Shown: one piece after another, positions 11,471-23,669 of the stretch
How the letters are laid out: every line of letters begins with the position of its first letter
Numbering within the stretch: position 1 is the first letter of the stretch
Source of the DNA: Thelocarpon superellum
Taxonomy: Eukaryota
Length of the DNA: 61,201 bases
Assembly: GCA_026025795.1 (NCBI GenBank)
Contig: JAPEUG010000063.1
Span: 1-61,201 of the forward strand
Reading direction: 5' to 3'
Program-made: the position numbers and the translations under genes
The notes under the pieces: generated by a model
Seen by the model: the letters and a program-made list of their open reading frames with translations, nothing else
Told to the model about the DNA's origin: nothing
Database searches by the model: none

Positions 11471-12496
11471 ATGGCTTCAGGTCTAGAAAGGCAGGCCTCT
11501 TCAGAGAATCTGGCGGCCGTCAATTGGTCTCCAAGCGATCACATTACTCCATGTGCCGCCACAGGCAAACCTCTAGCCGTCATCATTTTGAATATCCCTC
11601 TGGAGCACCGGAACCTAGAGCAGGTTATTCAGAGGGGCAAGCCACCTCCCATTCCCGCACCGCGCCCATGTCTTGCTGAGTGCGATGGTAGCGCAACTCG
11701 TGATCTGTGCCGATGGCGGCGCCAACCGATATCGTGAAGCATTTTTCCGAACCGAGAACCTCGACCTCCGCCACCGGGTCAGTTCCAACGATTCGTCGGG
11801 CCCTGGAGATGGTGCACCGTCCTGATCATCAAATCCGCGTAGTATCCTGATGTCATCCTCGGGGACTTGGATTCCTTGCTCCCGCAAGTCCGGCGATATT
11901 ACGAGCGCCGCGGCGTCCAGATCCTCCATGACCACGACCAGTATTCGACGGACCTGACCAAATGTCTCAAATACATCGAACTGCACGCTGCCGCCACTAT
12001 CCAAGCTTACAACCTCGACCGGTCGGCCGAACGCGCCGACGCGCTCGATGTGGTCATCGTCGGAAGCATGGGCAAGCGGCTAGACCAGGGCTTCGCTACG
12101 CTGCAGGGCCTCATCAAAGCTTCTCAAGGCACCACGCCGTACATCAACCAGATCTTCCTCCTCAGCCCAGAGAACATCACCTTCATGCTCCGTGCCGGCA
12201 TGAATAGGATCTCGACGCCCCTAGCAGACCTTGTCTTGGCGGAGAGCATCGGGGTTTTGCCGCTTGGCGGACCGGCGACAATTACCACCAGGGGCCTTGA
12301 ATGGGACGTGTTAAACTGGACCACGCAGTTTGGTGGCCAGGTCAGCACGAGTAATCATGTCCACGCCGACGTGGTCCACATTGATCTCGTCCAGGGTGAT
12401 GGCGTGCTCGTCACCATCGAGTTGGCGGGTCGTCCTTCGGAGACGTTGGCGGTGCCCTTGGATTCTGACCTTTCTGGAGACTCCGATCAGGGCTAG
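11471..12496 (+). CDS. THI80: Thiamine pyrophosphokinase; exons 11471-11636, 11692-11777, 11843-12496
   Basis: After splicing: LVICADGGANR, PDVILGDLDS, DQYSTDLTKC, GKRLDQ, TRGLEWD, FGGQVSTSNH. Confidence 0.92.
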
Positions 12497-12769
12497 CTGC
12501 ACGCCATGCTACATTTTGGGACGGAATGCCGCTCAGAGAGGCACGAATTGATAGCCGCTACGGGGATACCATGCCATTCGCCCAAAAACGCCCCGCCAGT
12601 TGACCGAGCGGACGTATCAAACATCGTGAGAAGAGAAGGGGGGTATGTACAAAAGACATCAAATCGTGAGAAGATGCGACTTTTTGGATCATTAAGCGGA
12701 GCACCGTGCCGGGAAGATGTGAGAAAGGAAGCAAGAGGTCTCGCACAGCGGGTGGGTGGATGTGGAGGC

Positions 12770-14313
12770 TCATCGTTTGAGATTAGGCCCGAGACAGTGC
12801 AGGACCTGAGGACCGCCAGTCAGACACAGAGCATATCGGAGTCAGACGCGGGACTCACCTTCTCGGATAGAATCCCTTGGTTGAAGAGATACTTGCTGAG
12901 CCCCTTGATGACCTCGAGCTGTTCCTCGGGCGAGAGACCGGTGATGGCAGTCTCAATGACGCTGCCGACCGACGCCTTGTAGACGGCGATGAAGCTTTGG
13001 TAGTACATGAAGGCAAAGAAGCCCATGATGAATTGGCAGTCCATCCGATCCGTGATGCCACCGTGGCCGGGAATGGACTCGCCAAAGTCCTTGATCTTGA
13101 ACGTTCGCTTGAGCCCCGACGCGAAGAAGCCGCCAAAGGGGGCGATCAGCGAGGCGAAGGTGGCGAAGACCAGGATATGGAACTGCATGGGAGCGATATC
13201 GACGCTGTCGGCAAAGGGAAACCACGATGGGAAATGATACGTGTGAGGGGTGAAGACGGGATTGGGTGTGCATTCGAGCCCGGTCCAGAAGTTGGCCCCA
13301 AGGTCCTAGGGATCACATAAGATTCAGGCCTGGCAGGATCAGGGGTCGCGCTTACATTCACCGGGCAGATGAAGTATTTGTATCGCATCAGGACGTTGGT
13401 CAAGCCGACGCCAAACAGGATCGTCATGACCCACGCCCCTACGAAACCTTCCACAGTCTTCTTGGGCGAGAGCTTGATGAGCTGGGTCCGGCCAAAGGTG
13501 ATGCCGCAGATATAGGCGAAGATGTCGTTGGTGATGACCAGCGACACGGGTAGGAAGAACCAGATCATGCCCTCAAAGATGTTATTCATGATGAAGTGTG
13601 CCTGCACCACGATCAAGTAGAGCGCCATGTGCGTCCAGGCAAAGTGGGTAAATTGGTACCGATAATGGCCTTTTTGAAGCGAGCCCACGAAGAAGACGAA
13701 GCCTGCCGCAGGATTAGCTCAACAACGTTTCACTGCGGTATGTGCGGGAATGCGCACCGATGATATACAAGGTGAAGCTGATGAATCGATGGTGGGTGGC
13801 CAGCGGCAAAAGCACCTTGTCCACGAGGACGATGTGCTTGAAGTAGTAAATGATGCTCTCGCCATACAGAAAGTACATGGTCACGGCCAAGAAGTACCAA
13901 CTCAAGCTCTTGGTGAAGCGCAGCTGTCGCGCACGACTCGGCACGCTGGCAATGGCGATGACCTCCTTGAAGGAGATAACTTGGACCGCGGTCACGATGC
14001 CGATGATGTAGAGATGGCCGGCGGCCATGGCGGCGAAGAAGAGGCCGATCATCGCCAGGGTCCAGATGGTCCGGGTGATGAAGGTTTGCTTCTTCTTTTC
14101 GTACTCCGACGCCGGGGTGGAGGGATCGGCGTGGCCATGCTCATGCTTGTCGCTCCTGTCCGATCTGCTGCTTTTGTCGAGCTTGCCGTTCCTCGTCGGA
14201 CTACCCGGCTCTGAGGCCGCTTCGCTGGCCTCGGACATACTCTGCCTTCGTCCGTCAACGCCCGTGCTCTGACTGCCTCGGTGCTGAAAGGTGACATTCC
14301 GCCGTGGCGCCAT
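12770..14313 (-). CDS. CDS1: Phosphatidate cytidylyltransferase (CDP-diacylglycerol synthase), 4 exons
   Basis: KLSPKKTVEGFVG, FASGLKRTFKIKDFGESIPGHGGITDRMDCQ, many TM segments; last exon VLHCLGPNLKR*. Confidence 0.95.
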
Positions 14314-14456
14314 CGTTGCGGTCCTCGCGAAGCTCCTATCGGGCCGTGGTGATCCGTCGCGCGGATCTAACGCCCAAGGGCTGCAGCGGATCTGACTTGA
14401 TGACCAGGTGCTGCTTGCGCAAGAAGACGAGCGAGAGGACGAGTAGCGTGCAGGAG

Positions 14457-14506
14457 CGGGTACGGGTCCGGGTCCGGGTACGGGTCCGGGTACGGGTCCG
14501 GGTACC
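14457..14506. repeat. (CGGGTM)n hexamer repeat in the CDS1/rad26 divergent intergenic region
   Basis: About 8 tandem GGGTAC/GGGTCC units. Confidence 0.9.
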
Positions 14507-15019
14507 GATAGGGTGGCGGGTTTCGCGCACTTTCCTCCCTGACCAGCTCGGGAGCGAAGACGGTTGGCGATCTGAAGCTGGACGATCAAGTGTCGCGGCC
14601 GCGGCAGATGCTCAATCCGCGCGGAGGGCGGGTCGTGTGATGAGGGAAGTTATTGCAAATGCAAGGCGGCGACTTGAATGGGGCACACGCGCACTACGTC
14701 AGGCCCATGGGTGCCTACGACGTTGAAGCGCCAATTCTTTGTGGGAGTCCTTCCCGGGTACAGAAGCCACGGGTGTGGGCGGGCGAGGAACCTGGCGGCT
14801 ACGGGACCTTGGCACCCTCGTATTCAGCGTCGTCGGCACCAAAACTTCTTACTCGGAACCAAACGACGGCGGCGCCGGAACCGATCGCGGCCGCCCCGAT
14901 CGTCCCGTCAGCACGGTGAAATGGCATATCTGCTCGTTACGGTGGAGCAGAAGAGCAGACATGCAATCACGTTGCTCGAACTACCACGACGCGTCTGCCT
15001 CCACGACCCCTCATATGGC

Positions 15020-17482
15020 ATGGCCCGCCAGGATGACGAGGACGACGATACAAGTCTGCTGGACGATAGCTTTGAGGACCTTCCCATCGAAGCCCTCAAT
15101 GCCTTGGAACGAGATGCCGTCCGGGCCACTCAACCGACGAAGGCGCCGGTGAATCGGCCTGATACGCAGGACTTCCACCACACCCTGCCCACCCTACCTT
15201 GGCCCAACCCCAATGATACGTCCAGGGCAGGCAAGCCTCCGAAAAACTCATCCTCGGACTACGGGGATGCCAACGAGGCCGAGCTGGTCGATGGCGTCGA
15301 CTTCGGCGATACTGTGCGCCAAGACCTGACAACAGCTGAGGCCAAGATTGCCAGTGAGGTCACCCAGCGAGAGCAATGGCGCCTGCGTCGATATGGTCAG
15401 CACGACGTCCAGCATTCTGCAGCGGGGCCAGCCAAATATGATTTCTCAGAGGATCAAAAGCTGCCGGACCAAGTGGAGCCTCTCCCGACCACGGCCATTG
15501 CAAGGCATGCTCCCGCAGACGCCGAGCAGACGGCCACAGCGCCAAGCGATGCTGCTATGGAAGGCCTCCGGGCCCAACTGCAGCAGATGCTCCGGGAGCG
15601 AGATGCGCTACAGCAGTCACTCGAAGCCGCCAATTCCACGGCGTTGACCAAAACCGGCGAGATCTCCATCGTCCGTGCCAATCAAGCCAAGGCGATCAAG
15701 GAGTACGAACGGCAGATCACCACGATACAGCATCTCCACGCCAATGAAGCGGCTCAGCAGAAAGCCGAGCTCGAGCGGGCGCTGACGGAGAAGGAGCGGG
15801 TGGCGACAGAGAACAAGTTCCTTAAGCGGGATCTGACGGAAGAAGGAGAGCGGGTCAGGAGTTTGAAGCGAAGCATGAAGGAGGGCGAATCCCCGGCGAA
15901 CAAAGCGGTCTTGACCCGGGGGGGGTTCAGCGCCGGATTGGCGACGACGCCAAGAAAAGAAAAGGGGCTGCCGTACCGAGATGGATTCGATGACCATGAC
16001 ATCGTTCCTTCGCCCACCAGGAGTACGCCGCGGTCGAAGGCTGGCACGCCCAAGGGGGCTTCAAAGCGAAAGAGGAAAGCCATTGATGACTCGCCCATTC
16101 CCGTCCTGCCATTGAGCCAGCCCAGGAACGAGAGTTTTGCCGAGGCAGAGACCGACGCGCAAGAATCGGCAGGCGATGCGGTCGTCCTGCACCGAACCGG
16201 TGACGACGGTCGATTCCAGGTGGGTAGCTGGACCGTTATCTATCTGCATAAATCCAGCTGACATGCTCAGTCACTACAAGCCATTCTCAACCACAAGCCT
16301 GATGCAAATCAGGCCCGAACGTTCGAAGCGTTTGCAGGATTTGCCCTGCCGTCCGCTCCCAAGACGCCCTTTTCGTCGGTGATCCTCGACCACTTAACCC
16401 ACCTCGCGGCACAGAAGACGTCGTACAATATATCGAGTGAATTTGGCCAGGTGCTGCTGTCGCTGTGGGAGGCGTGTTGGCGAGAGAACTATGTACGTCC
16501 ACATTCGACCTCCATGTCCATCCACAGAGACTTGGTCTAAGGCCGACAGCATCCGCCCATCAATCTCATCGTCGACCTCCTGACATTTATCCTCATCCAC
16601 AACACCTCCTCGATCGCGCCTCTCCTCATGGACGACATCGTCCCACTTTTACAGCGCACAATTGACATCAACGCCATCCCCCGATTCCAGCGCAAGCCGG
16701 AGAGTAAAGTGAATGCGCTCATCGACGTCGGCGCCAGCATGTCGCTCCTGCACGTGGTGGGGATCGGCTGCGCGCAAGACGACAACGAGATCGAGCACTT
16801 CTGGCGGCTGATCCGCTACGACATCGTGCTCATGGTCCTGACCATGGGCCAGCCCGTTGACCAGATCCGCACCATGATCGACCTCCTGCACTCGAGCATC
16901 CTACACCGCACCTTCGGGCCCATCGTAGGCGACGAAAGCCTCTCGCAGCGGGACAACGAGCACCACGTGCTCGACCGACTCTGCGAGCTTCTAGGCGACG
17001 TACCGCACCCATTCGAAGGCGACCCCGCCCCCGCACCCGTCGACGTGGCCCATCTCCGCGCCGAGGTCCTCGACCTCCTCGGCGCCATCAGCAATAGCAA
17101 ACACGGCGGGGAGGCGATGGCAGCGCACCCAAAAGTATTCGGGACGCTGGTCAAAACCATGAACGACGAGCTAGAAGCACTGTACTCGCACCGCGCGGAC
17201 CACTCCCACAGCGCCGCGCACGTCAACAGCAGCACACGCACCCTCTACGGGCTGAGCATGCACTACGGCGCGCAGATGGACCTGCATCGCAAACTCGCCG
17301 CCATTCCCGGCGGCACGCACAAGCACCTGGTCACGCTGACGCGGCTGGCGTTCAGTGAGGGTCTGGTGCTCGAGGCCGGCATTGATGACGATGTGGTCGA
17401 TTATGCTCGCCATCTGCTCGAGGACTGCGTCACGCCTGAGGAGGGCGAGGCGCTGTTGGGCGCTTTTGCAGCGCCGCGCTGA
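15020..17482 (+). CDS. ATR-interacting checkpoint protein (ATRIP/Rad26/UvsD-like), 3 exons
   Basis: Acidic N-terminus (DDSFEDLP..LNALERDA), coiled coil (KTGEISIVRANQ..ATENKFLKRDL), TTPRK..LPYRDGF, KRKRK NLS and a helical C-terminal region. Introns near 16220-16270 and 16493-16549. Confidence 0.8.
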
Positions 17483-18013
17483 CGGAAGGAAGTGCGAGTG
17501 GGACAGGGGCCGGATTGGGGCGTTTTTCTTATACTGCGTGGATGGATGGATGGACAGATAGACGAAGGGGCAAGCGGTTCAAAAATAGGTACGCATCGTC
17601 TTTGGTACGGCGCGTATCTACTTTCGCGTTCTATGCTCTATATCGACGTACATCTCTTGCGTGCTGTCTCTTTCCTTTTATCGACTGGGCCTTGCTTTGA
17701 GCCCGTCTGCAGGTGCTAGTCCATGAGCGGAGAACGGAGACGGGATCGGTGATGCGAAGATGAAGCGATCTGTTCACGGCAGTGATCAGCCGTTGCATTT
17801 TGGAGATGGGCCCAGCGGTCGATTATACACTGTGTAGGGACGGTTTTTGTTGGCTTCGCCCCTCCCTCCTGTACAGCTGGCTGTGGAAGCTCGGGGGGAG
17901 ATGGCGTGACATTCGCCTTCGATAAAAGCTATGAGGCGGTCTTTGGCCTCGCGGAGTAGCGCTTCGCTGGGCGCGATGATGCGTTGTCTTCGACAAAGTG
18001 GTACAGCAGGCGA

Positions 18014-19451
18014 TCAGTTGCGGTTTCTTCGTGGCGTCTCTTCCTCCTCCACCACATATTCCTCCTCTTCTACCTTGTAGTACGTGTCCACGACCTCTTT
18101 CTCGGCTTTGGCCCGTGCCGGATCGAGCATAAACCGGACCGTCCCGTCGCGCCCTCGGTCGCCGGCCCGGACTTTTGGCCCGCCGGATAGCGAAGTACCA
18201 GTCGTGCTAGATGGAGGAGATGACCGACGGCTTCCGTCTCCGCGGCTAGTTGGGAGACTCGTGTCGTTGTCAATTTTGTCGTGCGCCTTGGTTCCGTTGG
18301 TCGAGCGATCTTTCTTCGGCCATTCCGTGAATCTGGGATACTTTCGAGACGAGGCTTCTTGGTTGAGCGTGATCCTGATGGCGATGAACGTGTCGAGCGG
18401 GTACTGGCCGCCGATGACAGTGGCGCCACGGTGATGCGTATAGAGGTCCAGCAGGTCCAACAAGGTCTCTGTGGTTCAATCGATGAGCTCACCCAGCTAC
18501 ATAATGGCAACGGCACAGGACAAGAGGACAACACCTACCCATGACCTCCTCTCGGCTCGTACTCCACAGTTGGTAGTCTATCCGGCCCTCTTCGCCGATC
18601 AATCCTTCGTTGTCTTCGTGGATCCGCGCCGACAGTTCCAGACAGGCAATCGCCATGGTGGACGAGCTCTGTTTCAATGGCACAAAGGTTCGATAGACGT
18701 CTAAACACATCCGGTACGCTGTCTTTCCCACCGTCTCTCTGTTTGCTGCGTAGAATTTGGACAACTTAATCAACACTTTCTGCGGATAACGGTTGCGGAA
18801 GTCGAAGCCTGAGGCCTCCAGCATCAGACGCTCCAGTCCAATGATGGTCTTGGCATGGTTCTCAAACATCTGGCATGAGGGTCAGCTAGGAAGGCTCCTC
18901 ACATGAACATGAGAATCTCGTACACTGTCATCGGAATTGAGCTGTTCCGCAGCAGGGACCTTCAGGTTATACGCAGCGCAGAGGATATCCTTGGACTTTT
19001 TGAGCGTGTCCTCGATCTTGCAAGCCGTAAAGAGCGCGGCGGCCGCGGCATCCTACGGTGCAGCGTTTAGCATTGCTCCATGATCCTCATCCCTGGACAC
19101 CTTACCACGTAGCCATACTCGACGTCGGCGTGGACAAGGCGAAACTTGTGATAGTATACGACGGCGGTATTGAAGGTCCGAACGGGTCTGAAAGAATCAG
19201 CAGAGAAAGAGAAGCCGCTTGTCTCCACCTTACAACTGCAACGCCCTCCTCACATTGTCGATCCACGCCACGCCCTGCAGCCGAAAGCTGTCCTCTTTCA
19301 CCTCGTTCGCTCCGTTGGCCGCCATGCATTCTTGCACCGTGCTCTCAAAGACGTAGGGCTTGGCAACCTGGATGACGGATGGCTCGGGGCCGACCCGGCT
19401 AGAAGGAAGTGACCCATCGGAATTTGCGGTCATCAGTGGCGCGGGAGACAT
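18014..19451 (-). CDS. Ctk2/cyclin K-like cyclin of the RNA polymerase II CTD kinase, multi-exon
   Basis: EDSFRLQGVAWIDNVRRALQL/PVRTFNTAVVYYHKFRL/DAAAAALFTACKIEDTLKKSKDILCAA (cyclin box), ERLMLEASGFDFRNRYPQK, C-terminal GTVRFMLD. Confidence 0.85.
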
Positions 19452-19649
19452 GACCGCGCGTTTAGATACTGAGGCTAGAGGGGCATGACGGAAGTGTTCT
19501 GGGATTATTGCGTCGCCGCCTTCTGCAGCCGGGTAATTTGGTGTATCGAGTGGGCTGAGCGACGGGGGCTAGCCAGACTGACGTTGAGATGTCTTGGCAA
19601 GACGCACTAACATTAACGTTGGCCAAGATTAAGTGGCAGGCGTCGTAAT

Positions 19650-19691
19650 GAGGGGCACTTCGCGAGGGGCACTTCGCGAGGGGCACTTCGC
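19650..19691. repeat. Three exact copies of the 14-mer GAGGGGCACTTCGC
   Basis: Direct tandem repeat about 200 nt upstream of the cyclin ATG. Confidence 0.95.
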
Positions 19692-19950
19692 CATGACTAC
19701 TACCGATGCGTACTGTAGTCCCTGGGTGCTCATCACAGACTGTCTCGAGCGGCAGACAGCTTCCGGTCTAGGACCTGCCTTCTGTATCTCTATGTGAAAC
19801 TAAACACGTCTACCCGTGGTATCCTCTTCAAGGTGCTGTTGTCTCCTGCGCCCCGCGTGTTGCCCGCCGCATACATTGAGGTATCCCGACGCCGTCATTG
19901 CTGGTTCCATGAAATCACATTCTCTTCAAGCCCACCCGATTTTCATCCGG

Positions 19951-20373
19951 TCAAGGTCGATAACTCCATCCTACGCCCTTTCGCCCCTGGGTTGCTTCCC
20001 CATGAGGAAGCCCAGCTCGCTTATTTTCCTCCGTCGTCACTGCCTCGGCCTGCCTTCTCATTCCACTGACTCGTCCAAAGGCCAGCAGCTGCACGCCCAC
20101 CATAAAGGCCGTGTAGCTCCAGCACAGATTATCATTGGCATGAACATCAAGATACGGCAGCGTGGCGTGCGGGCCGTAACGAGGGAGCGGCGACACGTCC
20201 ATGGCGATGGAGGGGAAGGCAGAAGGGAGGCGTGAGACGATGGTGTTGAGCGTGTGTAGGAGCAGGACGGGGTTCAAGAGGATGGCCGGCAGCAGGTAGG
20301 TATTTGTGAGAGTTGCCATCGTGGACGGAGAAGACTGGCCCTCATGCTCGGCGGGAGGAAGGAAGGAAGCCAT
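19951..20373 (-). CDS. Small uncharacterised membrane protein (two hydrophobic segments)
   Basis: YLLPAILLNPVLLLHTLNTI..LDVHANDNLCWSYTAFMVGVQLLAFGRV. The start could instead be the downstream MATLTN ATG. Confidence 0.6.
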   Translation of the reverse strand: MASFLPPAEHEGQSSPSTMATLTNTYLLPAILLNPVLLLHTLNTIVSRLPSAFPSIAMDVSPLPRYGPHATLPYLDVHANDNLCWSYTAFMVGVQLLAFGRVSGMRRQAEAVTTEENKRAGLPHGEATQGRKGVGWSYRP

Positions 20374-21671
20374 GGGGTCGATCAAGCCCACAACCGGTCC
20401 GTGTCTCGGCGTTCTTAGGGGGTGAGGGACGAGGCAGAAATTGGATCGATAGGCGGAGCTTGCTTTCGTGCCAAAGGATGGCCGCACTGAATATCGTCGA
20501 ACAGTCGGGTCAAGAGATGGGTCGGAGCTGTGGAGCTGGGACTGGGTATGTCTGGCACGTCGGTATGGCAGACTCGTGAAGGGTGGCCTTCGGATCTGGT
20601 GATGAGTTGAAATTCGTGGCGGCTGTACGTGGGGGAGTCCGCGGACCCCGAACGCTCAACGACTGCGGTTGAACCAAGCTAGCTCGGTCAACGGAACGAG
20701 AGTTGGAAGATGGCCGTAGTGGATGCAGCGTATCGACAGGTTGACCGCATGATCCCCCAGAAAAGGAGGGTAAAAGAGAGCTTGGATACTTGGGCTTGCG
20801 TATTTGGCCTGGTCAAGTGCCGGATTGCAGACCTGGAGGCGTGCACGGGTAGAAGAGGAAGCAGGATCTATCTGGTTGACCCAGTTGAAACGTCACCATC
20901 GTCTTATGTTTCCCAGCGCAACTTTCGCTACGACAATTCCCGGTCGTCTGACGCGTTTCCTTGACCGCAGCATCCAGTAGCCATTGCTCGCCCCACGCAC
21001 CCCAGCTTCGGTTACAGTGGATTTGCGTCCCTTTGCAGGGTGGTGTGCGCTTTCGCCATGGACTAACGAGCGATAGTGCCGGCCTCCTGCGGCCGCTGAG
21101 GGCCGCGCCAGACCAAAACGACTGTTCGAAAGCATGCATCCCAAGTGGCGGTCCGTTGGTGACAGACGGCGAGTCCTCCGGGAACGGTGTAGGGTGGATC
21201 GCGATCGCTTCCACCCAGCGATCTTGCATCTCATGCCTGCGAATCAGGTCGTCCGATAGGCCAAGATCGAAGGACGATACGGTACTCCGTATTCCCGTAC
21301 TTCGAGCCTTCGTCCCGCAATTACTTCAAGTTGCAGTGGGGCCCCCCGGCGATTATCGCTTAAGAGCAAAAAGCTGGCAAGGTACGGTGTTCCGCCAATG
21401 CGAACCAGCTTCCAGGACCCCTGCACCACTGGTCCTGGTACTCGTGCGATACGGTACTTCCTCCCTAGCCTAGACCAATCCTCGTCCGGCCCCGTAGCCA
21501 CGTAGTGTGTGAGGAAGGTCGGCTCGTGCCTAACCAAATCGCCACAAGTGTATCTTGGGAGAGAGCAGAATTGGAGACACAATCTCTGGAGAGCGCCGGT
21601 TGGTGATCACAAACGCCTTCGCCCCTTTCATACGGCGTTTCGACGAGCGGCCGCGGCTCAGTTCAGCCATC

Positions 21672-22507
21672 ATGGTGGGTGTGCTCCGCATCGCGACCTT
21701 GCGTTATCTCGCTGACCCTGACAGAATTCCCTTTTCAACTCCGCCCTGAAGCAATCCTCGTCGGTGAAGAAAGAGCTCGATGCCTTTGCCGAAGCTCCCA
21801 CGACATATTCGCCCGCCTTGCAAGGTCTCTCCCCCTTTCGCCTTCCACACACATATGGTAGAAGCTGATGACAAGCTCGTGCAGGCCAGATTTCCGCTTC
21901 CCTCACGTCTCTCTCGCGGACGGTGGATGAGTACAACAACATGGCCAAGCGCGAGATGATCGCGGCCAAGCAAGAGAAAGCGTACGAGCGCGTCAAAACC
22001 TTTCGCGCCGAGATCGGCGAGTGTCGCCAGCAGTTTGAGCATCTCAAGGCGGAGCGTGAAGAGAGCCAGGCCACAGTCAACCGCACCGAGCTACTCGGAC
22101 GACGACCCCATCATGCCGCCACGCCGGAAAATCCGTACGCCGAGTCGTCGTCCGCGTCGCAGCACTCGCCCTTTCGACCGGCCAATGCCTCGGCGTTTGG
22201 CGCCGCGCCTGCCGACTACAACCGCGAGACGCATGCGCTGCGCGAACAGACCTTCTTCGAGCAGACCAACACCCACCTGGACGAATTCCTCGAGCGTGGC
22301 CGCGCCGTGCTGGGTGACCTGGGTCAGCAACGCGAGATGTTGAAGGGGACTCAACGGAAACTCTATTCCATTGCCAACACCCTGGGCGTCAGCGGCGACA
22401 CCATCCGGATGGTGGAGCGTCGCGCCACCGAGGACAAATGGATCTTCTACGGTGGCGTGCTGGGATTCTTCCTCTTCTGCTACCTCGTCATCCACTTCCT
22501 ACGCTAG
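21672..22507 (+). CDS. BOS1: ER-Golgi Qb-SNARE Bos1/membrin, 3 exons (first coding exon is ATG only)
   Basis: Spliced MNSLFNSALKQS..GQISASLTSLSRTVDEY.., RTELLGRRPHH.ATPENPY, SNARE motif LDEFLERGRAVLGDL..ANTLGVSGDTIRMVERR, C-terminal TM. Confidence 0.92.
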
Positions 22508-23669
22508 CAACGTCACCGCCTGGATGTCTTGTTGCCTCACATTGCTGGATTGTGGGCTTTGCTTCGACGTGTCTGCCAACTTTTCATCACCAATCATCAG
22601 GCCGCCATGCAGTTGCGGGCTCCCACCTGCGCGCATCACGAACGCCTGGAGAAGGCGCGACCGAGAAGACCCTCACGGCGGCCACGCGACGTGCCGGAGG
22701 GCCGGAGAAGAAGGACCTGCCGCCAATTCGAGTCCAGTCCCGGCTGATGCGATCCACGACAAGGATACGACTAGTCTACTGGCACGAGCAGCATGGCGGG
22801 TTTCTGACCCACGGCCCGTGGCTGGCCCAGGTGACGTTTCAACGGCGGCAGCATCGCCCACGGACCTCAACAAAGGACTGAGCCGATGGACGAGAGAGAC
22901 AGTCGAGTCAACCTAGCCCTCGCTGGGTCCTGGGGATTTGTCTGCGACCCATCGAAGGATGATTTTGATCCGTCATGGACAAGCGGTCAGCACGACCAAA
23001 CTCTACTTATTCAGTGTAGTCCATGACACGCCCTCGTCGAGCGTGATTCAAGAACGGCCATGTTGAGGACCCTGTTGAGAACGATGTTTATATCTAGAAA
23101 TGAAGCGCGCCGACGATTGCAGTTGTCCAAAAGCTGGTGGCAAATTTCCAGGAGCACTTCATACTCTGGGGGGATCTCCAGAGGATGGCGCTCCAGGAGG
23201 GGCTGTGGTTGGAGCAGGTGTATGGGGGAGACCCTGGTGCTGGATATCGGTCGCTTTCGTCCCCTCGCCGCGAGTAGGCATGGAATGGAACGAACGCTGG
23301 AATTTGCGGGGGGCATCTTCAGTCGCAGGTCCATAGTTACTATTCCGTGGGGCACTGCTTGACTGAAGCGCCCCGGATCCCGAGGTTGTCGTGAGGTCGC
23401 GTACGGTCCGGGTATCGGCATAGTCAGCTTTCCTAGCCGCTTCCGGTCAAGGGAGATGTTGCGGATCAGTTCGGCCTTCGGCGCTGCTTGCCCGGGAGAA
23501 TTGCCTCGGCTTGACACAAGCTCGCCTGTGCGCCGCAGCCGGACAATTACCAGCGCCACCTCTACCACCACCAACACCTCCTCCACACCTCGCCGTCCCC
23601 CACCCACGACTCAGTATCCTCACGGTCACTTGGGAGACTGCTTGTGTCATCCACTTCACTCGATTCAAG

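Noticed and set aside
11637..11842. Possible TPP riboswitch in the THI80 introns
   Set aside because: Only a GCTGAG fragment is present. The introns are 55-65 nt and lack the CUUGAU..GAUAA..CCAGCG core needed for the aptamer.
14989..14994. MCB-like ACGCGT just upstream of the ATRIP/Rad26-like gene
   Set aside because: A single hexamer in GC-rich DNA, probably within the 5' UTR, cannot be distinguished from chance.
22520..23600. Short ORFs between BOS1 and the thiolase
   Set aside because: No recognisable domain and no consistent splice model; a relic cannot be excluded.
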